Assembly (NCBI GenBank): GCA_031364505.1 | Contig: JANLWK010000085.1 | Span: 1-48,602, forward strand | Reading direction: 5' to 3' | Source of the DNA: Candidatus Eiseniibacteriota bacterium | Lineage (GTDB): Bacteria; Eisenbacteria; RBG-16-71-46 | DNA: 48,602 nt | Shown: positions 8,685 to 18,698 of the stretch, in pieces | How positions within the stretch are numbered: position 1 is the first letter of the stretch | Layout of the letters: every line of letters starts with the position of its first letter | The notes under the pieces: generated by a model | Databases searched by the model: none | Told to the model about the DNA's origin: nothing | What the model saw: only the letters and a program-made list of their open reading frames with translations | Program-made: the position numbers and the translations under genes

Positions 8685-11600
8685 TTAGTAACGCTGCTCG
8701 CTGTTCTCTGAATGAGCCAGTTCGGCCACGACGGAGACGAGGTTCGAGGGCTCGACGGGCTTGGTCAGGTGCCTTGCGAAACCCGCCTCCAGGGCCATGT
8801 CTCGCTCTTTCTGACCGCCCAAGCCGGTAAGGGCGACGGCCGGGATCCTGCCGCCCCGGCCCGGGGGAAGCGAGCGAATGCTTCTCAGGAGCTCGAAGCC
8901 GTCCTTTCCCGGCATGGCGAGATCGCTTACCAGCACGTCAGGTCTCTGCTCCCGTAGAGCCATGAGAGCCTCGGTCGCCGATGAGACCGCGATGACCTCG
9001 GCTCCCGCATCTTCGAGAACGCGACGGACCGGCTCCCTCGAGTCCGGCTCGTCATCGACCACCAGCACCATGATGCCCGCGAGCGTGTCGGACGCCCCGG
9101 CCTCGCTTCCCTCGGCCAGGACCGGGCGCGACTCCTCGTCGACGCCTCGAAGCGGCATCGTCGCGGTGAAGGTCGTTCCTTTGCCCCTTCCCTCGCTGCT
9201 CGCTTCGATGCTCCCACCGTGAAGCCCCATGATCTGCTTCGCCACCGAAAGCCCGAGACCCAGGCCGCCGTGGCTCCGGCTCGCGCTGGAGTCCGCCTGG
9301 CGAAACGCTTCGAAGATGAAGGGCATCGCTTCGCCGCTGATGCCTTCGCCGCTATCCGCGACGGACACGATCCCGCTCGAGCCGGATCTTCGAAGGCCGA
9401 CTCTGACGAGCCCTCCTCGAGGCGTGAATTTCATGGCGTTGGTGAGCAGATTCCCCAGCACCTGTTGCAGGCGCCCAGAGTCGGCGAGAACCCAGGTCGG
9501 ACCAGGCTCGATGTCTCGCTCGAGACGAATTCCGTTCTCCTGGGCCACCGGCTCGATCGACGCCGCGGCCGCCTCGACGGAGTCGACCAGATCGATTCGC
9601 TTGAGCTGAAGCCTTGCCTTGCCGGTTCCGATCCGGTGGGCGTCCAACAGTTCGTCGATGAGCTGGCTCTGGAGCTTGCTGTTTCGTTCAATGACATCGA
9701 CCGCTCGTCTCACGTCCTCCGCGCTCGCACCCGGGCGCTTCATGATCTGCGCCCAGGAGAGAATTGCGTTGAGGGGCGAGCGAAGCTCATGGGAGAGCAC
9801 CGCGAGGAACCTGTCCCTTGCCGCGTCGATCGTCGCCAACTCCTCGACCCGCTTGGCCAGTTCCGCTTCGAGCCGCTTCCGCTCGTCATCGGACTTCTTC
9901 CTGGACGTGACGTCGCGAAACACGACCACCAAACCCATGAGAACGCCGGCTTCCGACTGGAGTGCGGCGGCACTGTAAACGACATCGAAGAACGTGCCGT
10001 CCTTCCGAATGAATGTATCCGGGCATTCCAGAACAGACGCGCCGGTCTTCAGCACCTGGAAGTCCGCGCAATGTTCCGCGGGGAAGGGCGTGCCATCGGG
10101 GTAGTGATGGTGAGTGACGTCATGCATTCTTCGCCCACGAAGCTCCGTGAGGCTCCAGCCAAAGAGTTCCTCGGCAGCGGGGTTCATCGAGGTCACGAGG
10201 CCCTCTCCATCGACCGTGTAGAGGCCCTCGCTCATGTTGGCCATGGTGGCCTCGTCGAACGCGGCGGCGATGCGTAGCTTCTGCTCGGCTTCCTTTCTCT
10301 CGGTGATGTCGGTGTTCATGCCGACCCACTCGCTCACGGAGCCGTCGCTGTCGAGAACGGGAAGCGCCCGCACCGTTGTCCAGCGCCACTGCCCGTCGGC
10401 GCGCTTGAGGCGATATTCGGTCTCCACCGGAGCGCGCTCGGCCACGGATTGCCTCCAAAGTTCCCGAGCCGACTCGCGGTCCTCGGGGTGGATCGCGTCT
10501 TGCCACCCGAAGCCCCTCCACTGCTCGAAGGTCTGCCCCGTAAAGTCTCTCCATGAAGGAGAATCTTCGCTCGCGGCCCCATCGGCGCCTGTGGTCCAGA
10601 CGATCTGAGACGATGCTTCGATCAGCGCCTTGTATCGGGCCTGGCTCGCCCTCATCGCCGCCTGAAATTGGAGCATCTCGGTTACGTCCTGGATGCCGAG
10701 CAGGATCCGTTCTTGGGTCTCTTTGGAAGTGCCGAGCGGGCGAGCGCTGAGCAACATGGTGCGCCGCCCGATGGACGGGAAGTCGTGCGTGACCTCGAAG
10801 TTGTCGAACACGCTATCCCGATCCCGCACGGCCTCGAGGAGCCCTCGAAGCTCAGGAATGTTCCATTGCCCATTTCCGAGCTCGAAGAGGGGCGTGCCCT
10901 TCAATTCGGGCGACGGAATACGGAACCTCGCATGGAACGCTTCGTTGGCATTCTCGACTCGAAGCTCCTCCGTCAACACTAGAATGGGGTCCCTGGACGC
11001 GCGGATGATTGATTCCGCGTAGTCTCGTGCCGTTGCGATCCGCTGTTCGCCTCGCCTCAGGTCGTCGATGTCTACCAGCACCAGGACGGCGCCATCGACT
11101 TTGCTATCGAGAGTGAGATAGGGCCTGATCCGGAGCGAGAAGTACCGGCCGTCCTTGTCCCTGGCTTCGCGCTCGTTTTCCCTGACGGTGTCGATGACCT
11201 CTGCCACGAGGGCGGCGATGTCCGAGCTCCGCGGCTGCGAGTCCGGCAGATCTCTGGATCTGCGCTTCGCGGTTTGCTCTCTCAATTGTTCAGCGTGGCT
11301 CGTCAAGGCCGAGGCGTCGTCGCTCGTGCCCTCCTCGAAGACCAGGTTATGGCGCACGCTACTGAAAGGGCGGCCGATGTCGGTGGCAAGCAGGCCAAAC
11401 TGGCGCTCGGCCTGCGCGCTGAAGCGGCGGATGCTGAGATCCCGGCCTACGAGTACGATGGCCTGGCGGGTCGATGTCTGAAGATTCACGAGGTCGCTGT
11501 TGAGCCTGCCTAGCTCGACGTTTCGATTGGCCATCTCTTCGTTTACGGTCGTGAGTTCCTCGTTGGTCGACTCGAGCTACTCCTTGGAGGTCTCGAGTTC

Positions 11601-13898
11601 CTCGTTGATGCTCTGGAGCTCCTCGTTCGCGGACTGCACCTCTTCATTCGAAGCCTGGAGCTCCTCCTTCGCCGCTTCATGCTGTTCCTGTAGCGACTGG
11701 AGGTAGTCACGAGTCTCGGAGAGGCTCTCCTCGAGCTCGACGACCCGTCGAGCCACGTCGCGCTTCGTTTCCGCAGTCGCGCGACCGATGGTGGCCTGGC
11801 GAGCCGCCTTCGCTTCACGCCCCGGCGCGGCGCCCACGCCCTCCTCGAAGAGCACGAGGAAGCAGCGCTCCTTGAGGTTCTTCAGTGGGATGACCTGAAT
11901 CGTGATGGTCCTGCCGCGCCCGTTGTCGGCGAGCCGAACGCCTTTCTTGCGGACGGCCCTGTTGTCCTTCTTCGCCGTGTTGATGGCGGACCTGAGCGGG
12001 AGCATGAGCCCCTCGCGAGCCATCTTGAGCAGATTGAACGTAGCCTTGCCGGTGGGAGGCGACAGATACGCCCCCGTCGGTCCGCGAAACTGGAGGATCC
12101 GAAGCTCCGAGTTGATGAGCACCCCGGGCGGAGCGAACTGGTTCACCGTAATCCTGTCCGCTTCTCTCTGCGTGTTCAGCTCGCCGCGAAGGTCTTCGGA
12201 CTCCTGCAACCTCGCCGTCGGAACGAGTGGAAGTCTCGTCGAGGTGGCGGACTCGCCGTCGGGGGCCTGCTTCATCACGGGAAGTTGGAGCGGTGCCGCT
12301 GGCGCGGCCCTCTTGGAAAAGATCCTCTGCTTCTTGTCGACGGGCTCGAAGAGATCCGTGAAGCCGCCCGCGGTCTCCGAGGATCCGAGGAAGAGGAACC
12401 CATCGGGCTTGAGCGCGTAGTGGAAGGTAGGGAAGACTTTCCGCTGGAGGCTGGGCTCGAGGTAGATGAGAAGGTTCCTGCAACTGATGAGATCGATGCG
12501 CGAGAACGGCGGGTCGGCGATGACGTTTTGCCGCGCGAAGACCACCATCTCGCGAAGGGCCTTGCTGACCCGGTAGCCGCCTTCCTCTTCGACGAAGAAA
12601 CGACGGAGCCTCTCCGGCGAGATATCCTGATCGAGCGTCTTTGCATAGAGGCCGTAGCGGGCCTTATCGAGGAGTGCGTCGTTCAGATCGGTCGCAAAGA
12701 CCTGGAGCTTCCGGAGCCTGAGAGCTCTTTCCGAAGCCTCGACGAATGACATGGCGATGGAATACGCCTCCTGGCCCGTCGAACAGCCCAGCACCCACAC
12801 GCGCAACGGCTGATCCCCCGGCTTCGAGAGAAGCTTCGGAAAGATCTTTTTCTTCAGGACCTCGAACGCCTCGGGGTTCCTGAAGAAGCTCGTGACGCTG
12901 ATGAGGACATCGCTATAGAGAGCGTCCAGCTCCTCGGTGTTGCCCCGAAGGAATTCGGCGTAACCCGGGAGCGAGTCGTGCTTGCTGAGGATCATGCGAC
13001 GGGTAATTCGTCGCTGGATCGTGCTCGACTTGTAGAGCGAGAAGTCGACGCCGGAGTGGTTCCGAAGCAGTAGAAGGATCTTCCGGAAGCCGGTGTCGGC
13101 GCTGCTCGCCCCATGCGCGGCCTCCTGGCGCGCCCGCTCCGCGCCTGTCGAAGGCGTGCCTCTTCCGCCCGAAGGTAGCGGCGTCCCATCGTCCGCGTGC
13201 GCCGCCGCCTCCGCGCGGTCGTCCTCGGGAGTGGATCGGACGGGCTCACTGTGTTGCCCGGCCACGTAGGGGTGCTTCGCGATACGCGTGAGTTCTGCCG
13301 CGATTTCACTCGGCGAGAGCACGAAATCCACGCAGCCCGCGGCCACTGCGCTACGCGGCATGGAGTCGTAGCGCGCCGAGTCGTCCTGGGCGAAGGTGAT
13401 ACCTCCCTCCGCCTTGATGGCCTCGAGCCCCAGCGTTCCGTCCGTCGCGGTGCCCGAGAGCACGACACCCACGGCCCTTTCCCTCTGGTCCTCGGCCAGC
13501 GATTCGAAGAACGAGTCGATCGCGCGGTGGGGGGCCTTGGTCTTGGGGCGCGGGGACAGCCTCAGTAGTCCGCCGTCGATCCTGAGATGCGTGTTCTTCG
13601 GGATGACATAGACCTGGTTCGCCTTCGGGCGGAGTTTGTCCGACACCTCGGAGACCGGCATCTGCGTGACACGCGAGAGGATCTGAGTGAGCGCGCTCTC
13701 ATGCTCCGGATCCAGGTGCTGGACGAGAACGAACGCCATACCGGTATCGAGCGGCAGATGCTTGAGGAGCTGGGTGAACGCCTCCAGCCCGCCGGCCGAC
13801 GCCCCGACGCCTACGATGGGAAAGGCGCCCGCTATCGCGCCGCGAGCGGGACGATCCGCCTTTCGCGGCAGCGTTCGCTTCTCGCCTCTCTTCTTCAT
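8685..13898 (-). pseudogene. CheB/CheR-PAS hybrid histidine kinase with receiver domain, interrupted by one in-frame TAG at 11577-11579
   Basis: CheB (GASAGG, VQHL, SGTATDG), CheR (ISVTSFFR, GCSTGQEAYS, ISCRNLLIY), coiled coil ELETSKE*LESTNEELTTVNEEM, PAS domains, LSHELRSPL, HATPase, REC; the ORFs 11577-14129 and 8685-11534 are in the same frame. Confidence 0.88.
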
Positions 13899-14691
13899 GC
13901 CATGCCTCGTTCGGCCAGCTCGATCATCCGTATCGGCGCCATGGATTCCCCGCAACTCGAGGCGTCCTAGCATCATCCACTTCGTTCCATTGTCAAAGAA
14001 CCGTCGTGATGGACATGGCGTCCCGCGTAGCCTGCCGATGACATCTGTGGCGGTGGTAATCCATTGCGCCATAGCGAGTTCCGCAACTGCACCGACAGTG
14101 CGATCCGGCAGGGATCCGCTGGACGACATGCGCCAGCGGGCGGACTTGATTCACGTGCGGCGAGACTTCGTGCTGGTGAGCGAGAGCTACTCGCCCGGCG
14201 CGCTGGGGTTCTTCGGATCCGTCCCACACCTCGAGCGCGTCTACCACGCGCCATGGCCGGGCGTATGCGATGCATTGCGCACGCTCGGCGGCCACCTGGG
14301 CCGCCCCACCGGGCTCGCCCCGGTCCCCAGGGACTACGCGGATCATCAGATGTGCAATTGCGGCGCCCAGCTCGGATCGGGGTGGCGGGGCTGGCTCCGG
14401 AACTATCGCCACTACGAGGTGAGGCTCACCGCGGGCATCCGGGATTCGCCCGGGACCCGGTGTGGGAGAGGCCCCGGGGTCACCTCATGCTCTTTCCGTC
14501 CACGCGGCCCGGTGATCGACGAGAAGATCGTCATTCCCGAGGGCCGCGCGCGTCGCCGTCGAGCTGATCGCCCATCGAGGGCGGTGAGTGGATTCCCCGG
14601 AATGTCGGCATGAGCAGGCAAGGTGTATCCTGACCCTTCCCGGTTGGGGCTTCCATCGTGGATCGCGCGACTCGACTGGAGGAGTCCTGCG

Positions 14692-15446
14692 ATGCGGATC
14701 GATATTCTCTACTTCGACGGCTGTCCGAACCATCGGTACGTCGCGGGCCTGTGGCATCGCCTGATGCGCGGCGTTGGCTACGAGCGCTACGGTGCGCAAG
14801 GCGGGGATTTCGGCGCCGGCGTCGCCACGTACATGGCACTGACCGACCCCACGCCCATGACGGGGGTCCACCTCAGCAACCTGGAGAACGCGCCGTACAC
14901 GGGACCGGGATCACGGCCACTGTCCGCAGCGGAGAAAGCCTATCGCGAGCGCAACGAGGAGTTCTGGCGGACGGAATCCGGTTACAAGGCCATCCAGTCC
15001 ACGAAGCCCCAGACGCTGGGATACGGACTCAACGATTCACCGGCCGGGCTCGCGGCGTGGATTCTCGAGAAGTGGCGATCCTGGGCCGACACGCGAGGCG
15101 ATCTCGACGAGCGCTTCTCGCGCGCTTCTCGCGCGACTTCCTGCTGACCACGGTGACGCTCTACTGGGTCACGCAGACGATCGCGTCCTCGATGCGGGAC
15201 TACTTCGACAACGACCACCCGCAGCTCCGTGACACGCTCGGACCCGAGGCGTTCGTCCACGTGCCCACCGGCATCGCGGTCTTCGCCCAATCGTTCGTCG
15301 ACGAGGGGACCCCCGTCCGTGAGTGGGCCGAACGACTCTACGACGTGCGCCGATGGACACCGATGCCGAGGGGCGGGCACTTCGCCCCGGCCGAGGAGCC
15401 GGAGCTGCTCGCCCGCGACATCGCGGCGTTCTTCGCCGCGCTATGA
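14692..15446 (+). pseudogene. Chimeric pseudogene: MRIDILYFDGCPNH thioredoxin-like start fused to the C-terminal part of an epoxide hydrolase, frameshifted
   Basis: GGAGGAG RBS then MRIDILYFDGCPNH|RYVAGLWHRLM..YGAQGGDFG..QSTKPQTLGYGLNDSPAGLAAWILEK..RGGHFAPAEEP; 11-bp duplication GCGCTTCTCGC at 15111-15132 shifts the frame. Confidence 0.8.
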
Positions 15447-15626
15447 GCCCGCGTCATGGTGCAATGCTCGTCAGGCGTCTTCTCATCGCACTGTCGGTGG
15501 CGTCGATGGCGGCACTCGGTTGGTCGCGTTCGTCGACACGGCCCGGCGTCCCCGCAACCACCACTCACACGATTTCACGCTCGCGGACTCGATCGGTTCC
15601 GCGCTCGAGACCGCGATTGCCACCTC

Positions 15627-15755
15627 TTCGCTCCAGACAGCACGAACATGGCGAGCGTCGCGCATTTCATGTGCGACCTGGTGACGAGCCCCGAGACGTG
15701 GGCGGACTGGAAGGAGAAGCTGCCCGTGATCATCAACGCCCGGCCAGAGTCGTGA
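15627..15755 (+). pseudogene. C-terminal remnant of an NAD(P)-binding oxidoreductase
   Basis: FAPDSTNMASVAHFMCDLVTSPETWADWKEKLPVIIN resembles the C-termini of NAD(P)H-binding proteins. Confidence 0.4.
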
Positions 15756-15829
15756 GCCATGGAGCCGTCCCGCCGTGGAATGCGCTGCGGGATGACGCGC
15801 TGTTCGCGAGCGCGCTACACTGCCGATTC

Positions 15830-16273
15830 ATGGGTCACTGGGAGCATCTCTTCATCGACGGGGAGTTCATGTCCCGGACTCGCCTGCTCTCGGGTCTGAC
15901 GGTCGAGCAGGTGAATGCGCGGCCACCGGGAGTCGCGCACACGATCTACCAGGAGCTGTGGCACACAGCGAAGTGGCAGTCGATCGTCGTTCAATGCGAT
16001 GAAGCAGCCGCGGCGGCATGGATCGACGGGGGACAGGACTTTCCGTCAGAGGCGCCTGGCAGCGAGCGCATGTGGAAAGATCTCGTCGCTGAGTTTCTCG
16101 CCGGGTCGGCGACGGCAGCAGAGCTGGGGCAATCACCGGACGCCAGGGAGAACGTGGGTCCGGGAGTCGCGGTTGCCGCGAGGCTCGCGAGCCTCGCCGT
16201 TCACAATGCCTACCACCTCGGGAAGATCGTCGCCCTGCGTCAGGTCATCAATGCGTGGCCCCCACCGGCGTAG
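15830..16273 (+). CDS. DinB family protein
   Basis: GLT.EQ..ARPPG..HTIYQELWH..KWQ and LAVHNAYHLGKIVALRQ metal-binding His motifs. Confidence 0.82.
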   Translation: MGHWEHLFIDGEFMSRTRLLSGLTVEQVNARPPGVAHTIYQELWHTAKWQSIVVQCDEAAAAAWIDGGQDFPSEAPGSERMWKDLVAEFLAGSATAAELGQSPDARENVGPGVAVAARLASLAVHNAYHLGKIVALRQVINAWPPPA

Positions 16274-17504
16274 TGCGCGGGCTCGTCGATGCCGGCGTGA
16301 CCCGATGCTCATGCACGACCAGGAGCCACACGCACAGACTGAGGAGAAATGGGGCATACGTGACGAGCGGGGAGTCGCCGGTGTTGGACGTCAGGCGCCA
16401 AATGCCTTGCGCTGCGAGCACCAACCCCAGGAGCAGGCGACCGGCCGCGCTATCGAAGGGCTTGGGCGCGAAGAACAGTGGCGCCGGCGCAAGAAGGACG
16501 AAGCCGTAGGCCATCGGCCTGGGCAGCAGGAGCACGTAGAGGAACACCGCCGTCATGATCCACCGTCGCGCGTCGCGGCAGGCATAGGCGCACCGCAACA
16601 GGGGCAAACTGCAGGCCACCAATCCTGCGGCATAGGCGATCCAGACGGCCGAGGCTACAAGCCCTGCGGCGTTTCCCCTGAGGCCGGCCATTTGAACCAG
16701 CAGTGTCGCGAGACCAAGAGCAGATGGATTCGCGACACCTTGCCCTGTCGCGTCAGGGACATGGGCCCAGAAACGCTGGTAGTGCGCCGCCGGACCGAAC
16801 AGGGTCGGCCCAAACACAACGAGGCCCAGGATGGACAGGGCGGCAACGAACCGCTTCGGGCTCGCGGTGGCACTCGAAGTTGGTACGAGTAGCAGCAGCA
16901 GAAACGCCGCGGGGGCTACCTTGAAACACGCGGCGGCTGTGATGAGCAGGGCAAACCGCATCCGCCACCCGGCCAAGTAGCAGGCAAAGGCCGCCCAAAT
17001 GAGGCCGCACTCGAGGATCGCGACGTTGCCCGCGGCGAGATCCCATTGCGCGGAAGCGTTCCATCCAAACGCGGCAACGAGCGCCACCGACAGGAGCGTT
17101 GCGTTGCGTGTGAACCACTTGGACCACACCGCAATGAGCACACCGAGCAGTCCTATCTTTCCCCACATCCAGCAGGCTGCGGCGGTCTTCGCGGGCAGAC
17201 TCGAGGCCGCCGCAAACATGGCGAGCGCCACCGGCGGGTAGACGAAGGGAAACACGCTCCGCCCCGCCAGCGCTGAGAGGTTCTCGGGCAGATAAGGATC
17301 GAGACCCTTCAACGCGGCGGCAGCCGCCAGCTGATAGGTCTTGAGATCGCCCTGATGGATGAGATTCCGCTCCACGAATCCCACTAGAAAGAGCGCGACG
17401 AGGGCGACGCCGGCAATGTCGAGGGCGTGGCAGACGCAGCCGGGCAGCCGGTAATGGAGCCAACGACGCGGAGTGGAGTTCCATGGCCGGAGTTGGGACG
17501 TCAT
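16248..17504 (-). CDS. GT87/DUF2029 polytopic membrane glycosyltransferase
   Basis: DLKTY..AA....GLDPY, PFVYPP, GNV, A-CFKVAP motifs; many TM helices; start approximate. Confidence 0.8.
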   Translation of the reverse strand: MTSQLRPWNSTPRRWLHYRLPGCVCHALDIAGVALVALFLVGFVERNLIHQGDLKTYQLAAAAALKGLDPYLPENLSALAGRSVFPFVYPPVALAMFAAASSLPAKTAAACWMWGKIGLLGVLIAVWSKWFTRNATLLSVALVAAFGWNASAQWDLAAGNVAILECGLIWAAFACYLAGWRMRFALLITAAACFKVAPAAFLLLLLVPTSSATASPKRFVAALSILGLVVFGPTLFGPAAHYQRFWAHVPDATGQGVANPSALGLATLLVQMAGLRGNAAGLVASAVWIAYAAGLVACSLPLLRCAYACRDARRWIMTAVFLYVLLLPRPMAYGFVLLAPAPLFFAPKPFDSAAGRLLLGLVLAAQGIWRLTSNTGDSPLVTYAPFLLSLCVWLLVVHEHRVTPASTSPRTTPVGATH

Positions 17505-17550
17505 GGCTCCGTTATCGACCGGCCCGTGCATCGAGCATAGCGTCGCGTCC

Positions 17551-17928
17551 TTGGCGCCGAGTGAGCTGACCCTCAACGAGGTCAGCTTCGACAAGCTCCC
17601 GCTCTACGGCGGGCTCAAGAACGCGATCGATTGGGCGAGCCGCCCGTACGGCCAGAATGCGTTCGCGCGGAAGCCGGTGGCAATCATCGGGACGTCGCCG
17701 GGCAAGATCGGCACGGCGGTCGCTCAGTCACACCTGCGCAGCATCATGGCCTTCTACAACGCGCCGCTCATGAACTCGATCGAGGCCTACATCCAATTCG
17801 AGAGTGGGCTGATCTCCGACGATGGCGTGGTCACCAATCCGAAAACCGCGGAGTTCCTGGGCGGGTTCATGAACGAGTTCCAGGGCTTCATCACGCGCGT
17901 CTACACCGTGCTCCAACGGAACCCCTGA
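17551..17928 (+). pseudogene. NADPH-dependent FMN reductase (ChrR-like) remnant with N-terminal and internal deletions
   Basis: LAPSELTLNEVSFDKLPLY is joined directly to GGLKNAIDWASRPYG; the TPEYN segment normally between them is absent. Confidence 0.75.
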
Positions 17929-17939
17929 CGAGCGCCTGC

Positions 17940-18533
17940 TCAGCCCGCCGCCGGTGGCGCGTACTGAATCCGAACCGGCATCACCGCGAGGCGATCGTAC
18001 CGTTTCACTTCGGCGCGGATCGGCCACCAGTCGTAGAGGAACACCTCCATCGGTCGCCACATCGCGACCCATCCTCCGATGATGACGCTCTCGCGCAGCA
18101 AGCCGCCGAAGCCACCGCTGTTCGGCGCGGGGGTAATGACGTTCGCGAGCCAGCCCGACGCGCCGAGAAAGGCGACTCCAATGGCCAGACTGATGCGGCC
18201 CCGCTCGAACAGGGATCGCAGCCGCCGCCGGGCCGCTTCGCTCTTCCGACGGAAGTGCTGTTGGACGGCGTCTCGCAGGATGTCGGCATCGCCCGCGTCG
18301 CCGGCGGGACGATCGACGTGAACCAAGAGACCGAGCGGTAGGGAACGCGGAATCCCGCTGGCCCAGCTCGCGATGAACTCCTCGGCCTGCGGGTCCAGGT
18401 CACGGTCGTAGAACGGGGAAGGGTCGATCGCATTGAATAGTTGCCGCAGATCCGAGACCCGCACCTCGATGATTTCGCAGCGTGGCGGAATCAGATCTCC
18501 AGCAAATGCGCCCTCGAGGGCCGCCCCTCGCAC
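17940..18533 (-). CDS. Conserved hypothetical membrane protein
   Basis: QLFNAIDPSPFYDRDLDPQAEEFI...ESVIIGGWVAMWRPMEVFLYDWWP; two TM segments. Confidence 0.75.
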   Translation of the reverse strand: MRGAALEGAFAGDLIPPRCEIIEVRVSDLRQLFNAIDPSPFYDRDLDPQAEEFIASWASGIPRSLPLGLLVHVDRPAGDAGDADILRDAVQQHFRRKSEAARRRLRSLFERGRISLAIGVAFLGASGWLANVITPAPNSGGFGGLLRESVIIGGWVAMWRPMEVFLYDWWPIRAEVKRYDRLAVMPVRIQYAPPAAG

Positions 18534-18535
18534 CG

Positions 18536-18598
18536 CTACTTGCTCAGGCCGATCTGCTGGAGGAACCCCACCAAGTCGTACATGAGGGCCACCTTGGA
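18536..18598 (-). pseudogene. Short C-terminal remnant, ester cyclase (SnoaL)-like
   Basis: SKVALMYDLVGFLQQIGLSK* immediately upstream of the 18533 gene. Confidence 0.35.
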
Positions 18599-18698
18599 TC
18601 GACGTTTAACGCCCGTCAATCCAGCACGCCGCCAGCCCCCGTCCAGAGGGGTCGCTCGATTCGTCGGGGCAGGGCTCAGGTGGGGTCGCGCCTCCAGG

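Noticed and set aside
11577-11579. Pyrrolysine or stop-codon reassignment
   Set aside because: Single case at a conserved Glu position; other genes here end normally in TAG and there are no pyl genes in the window.
13687-14613. 308-aa ORF as a real gene
   Set aside because: The 5' part is antisense to cheB; the 14110-14420 portion may be a gene scrap but I cannot assign a family.
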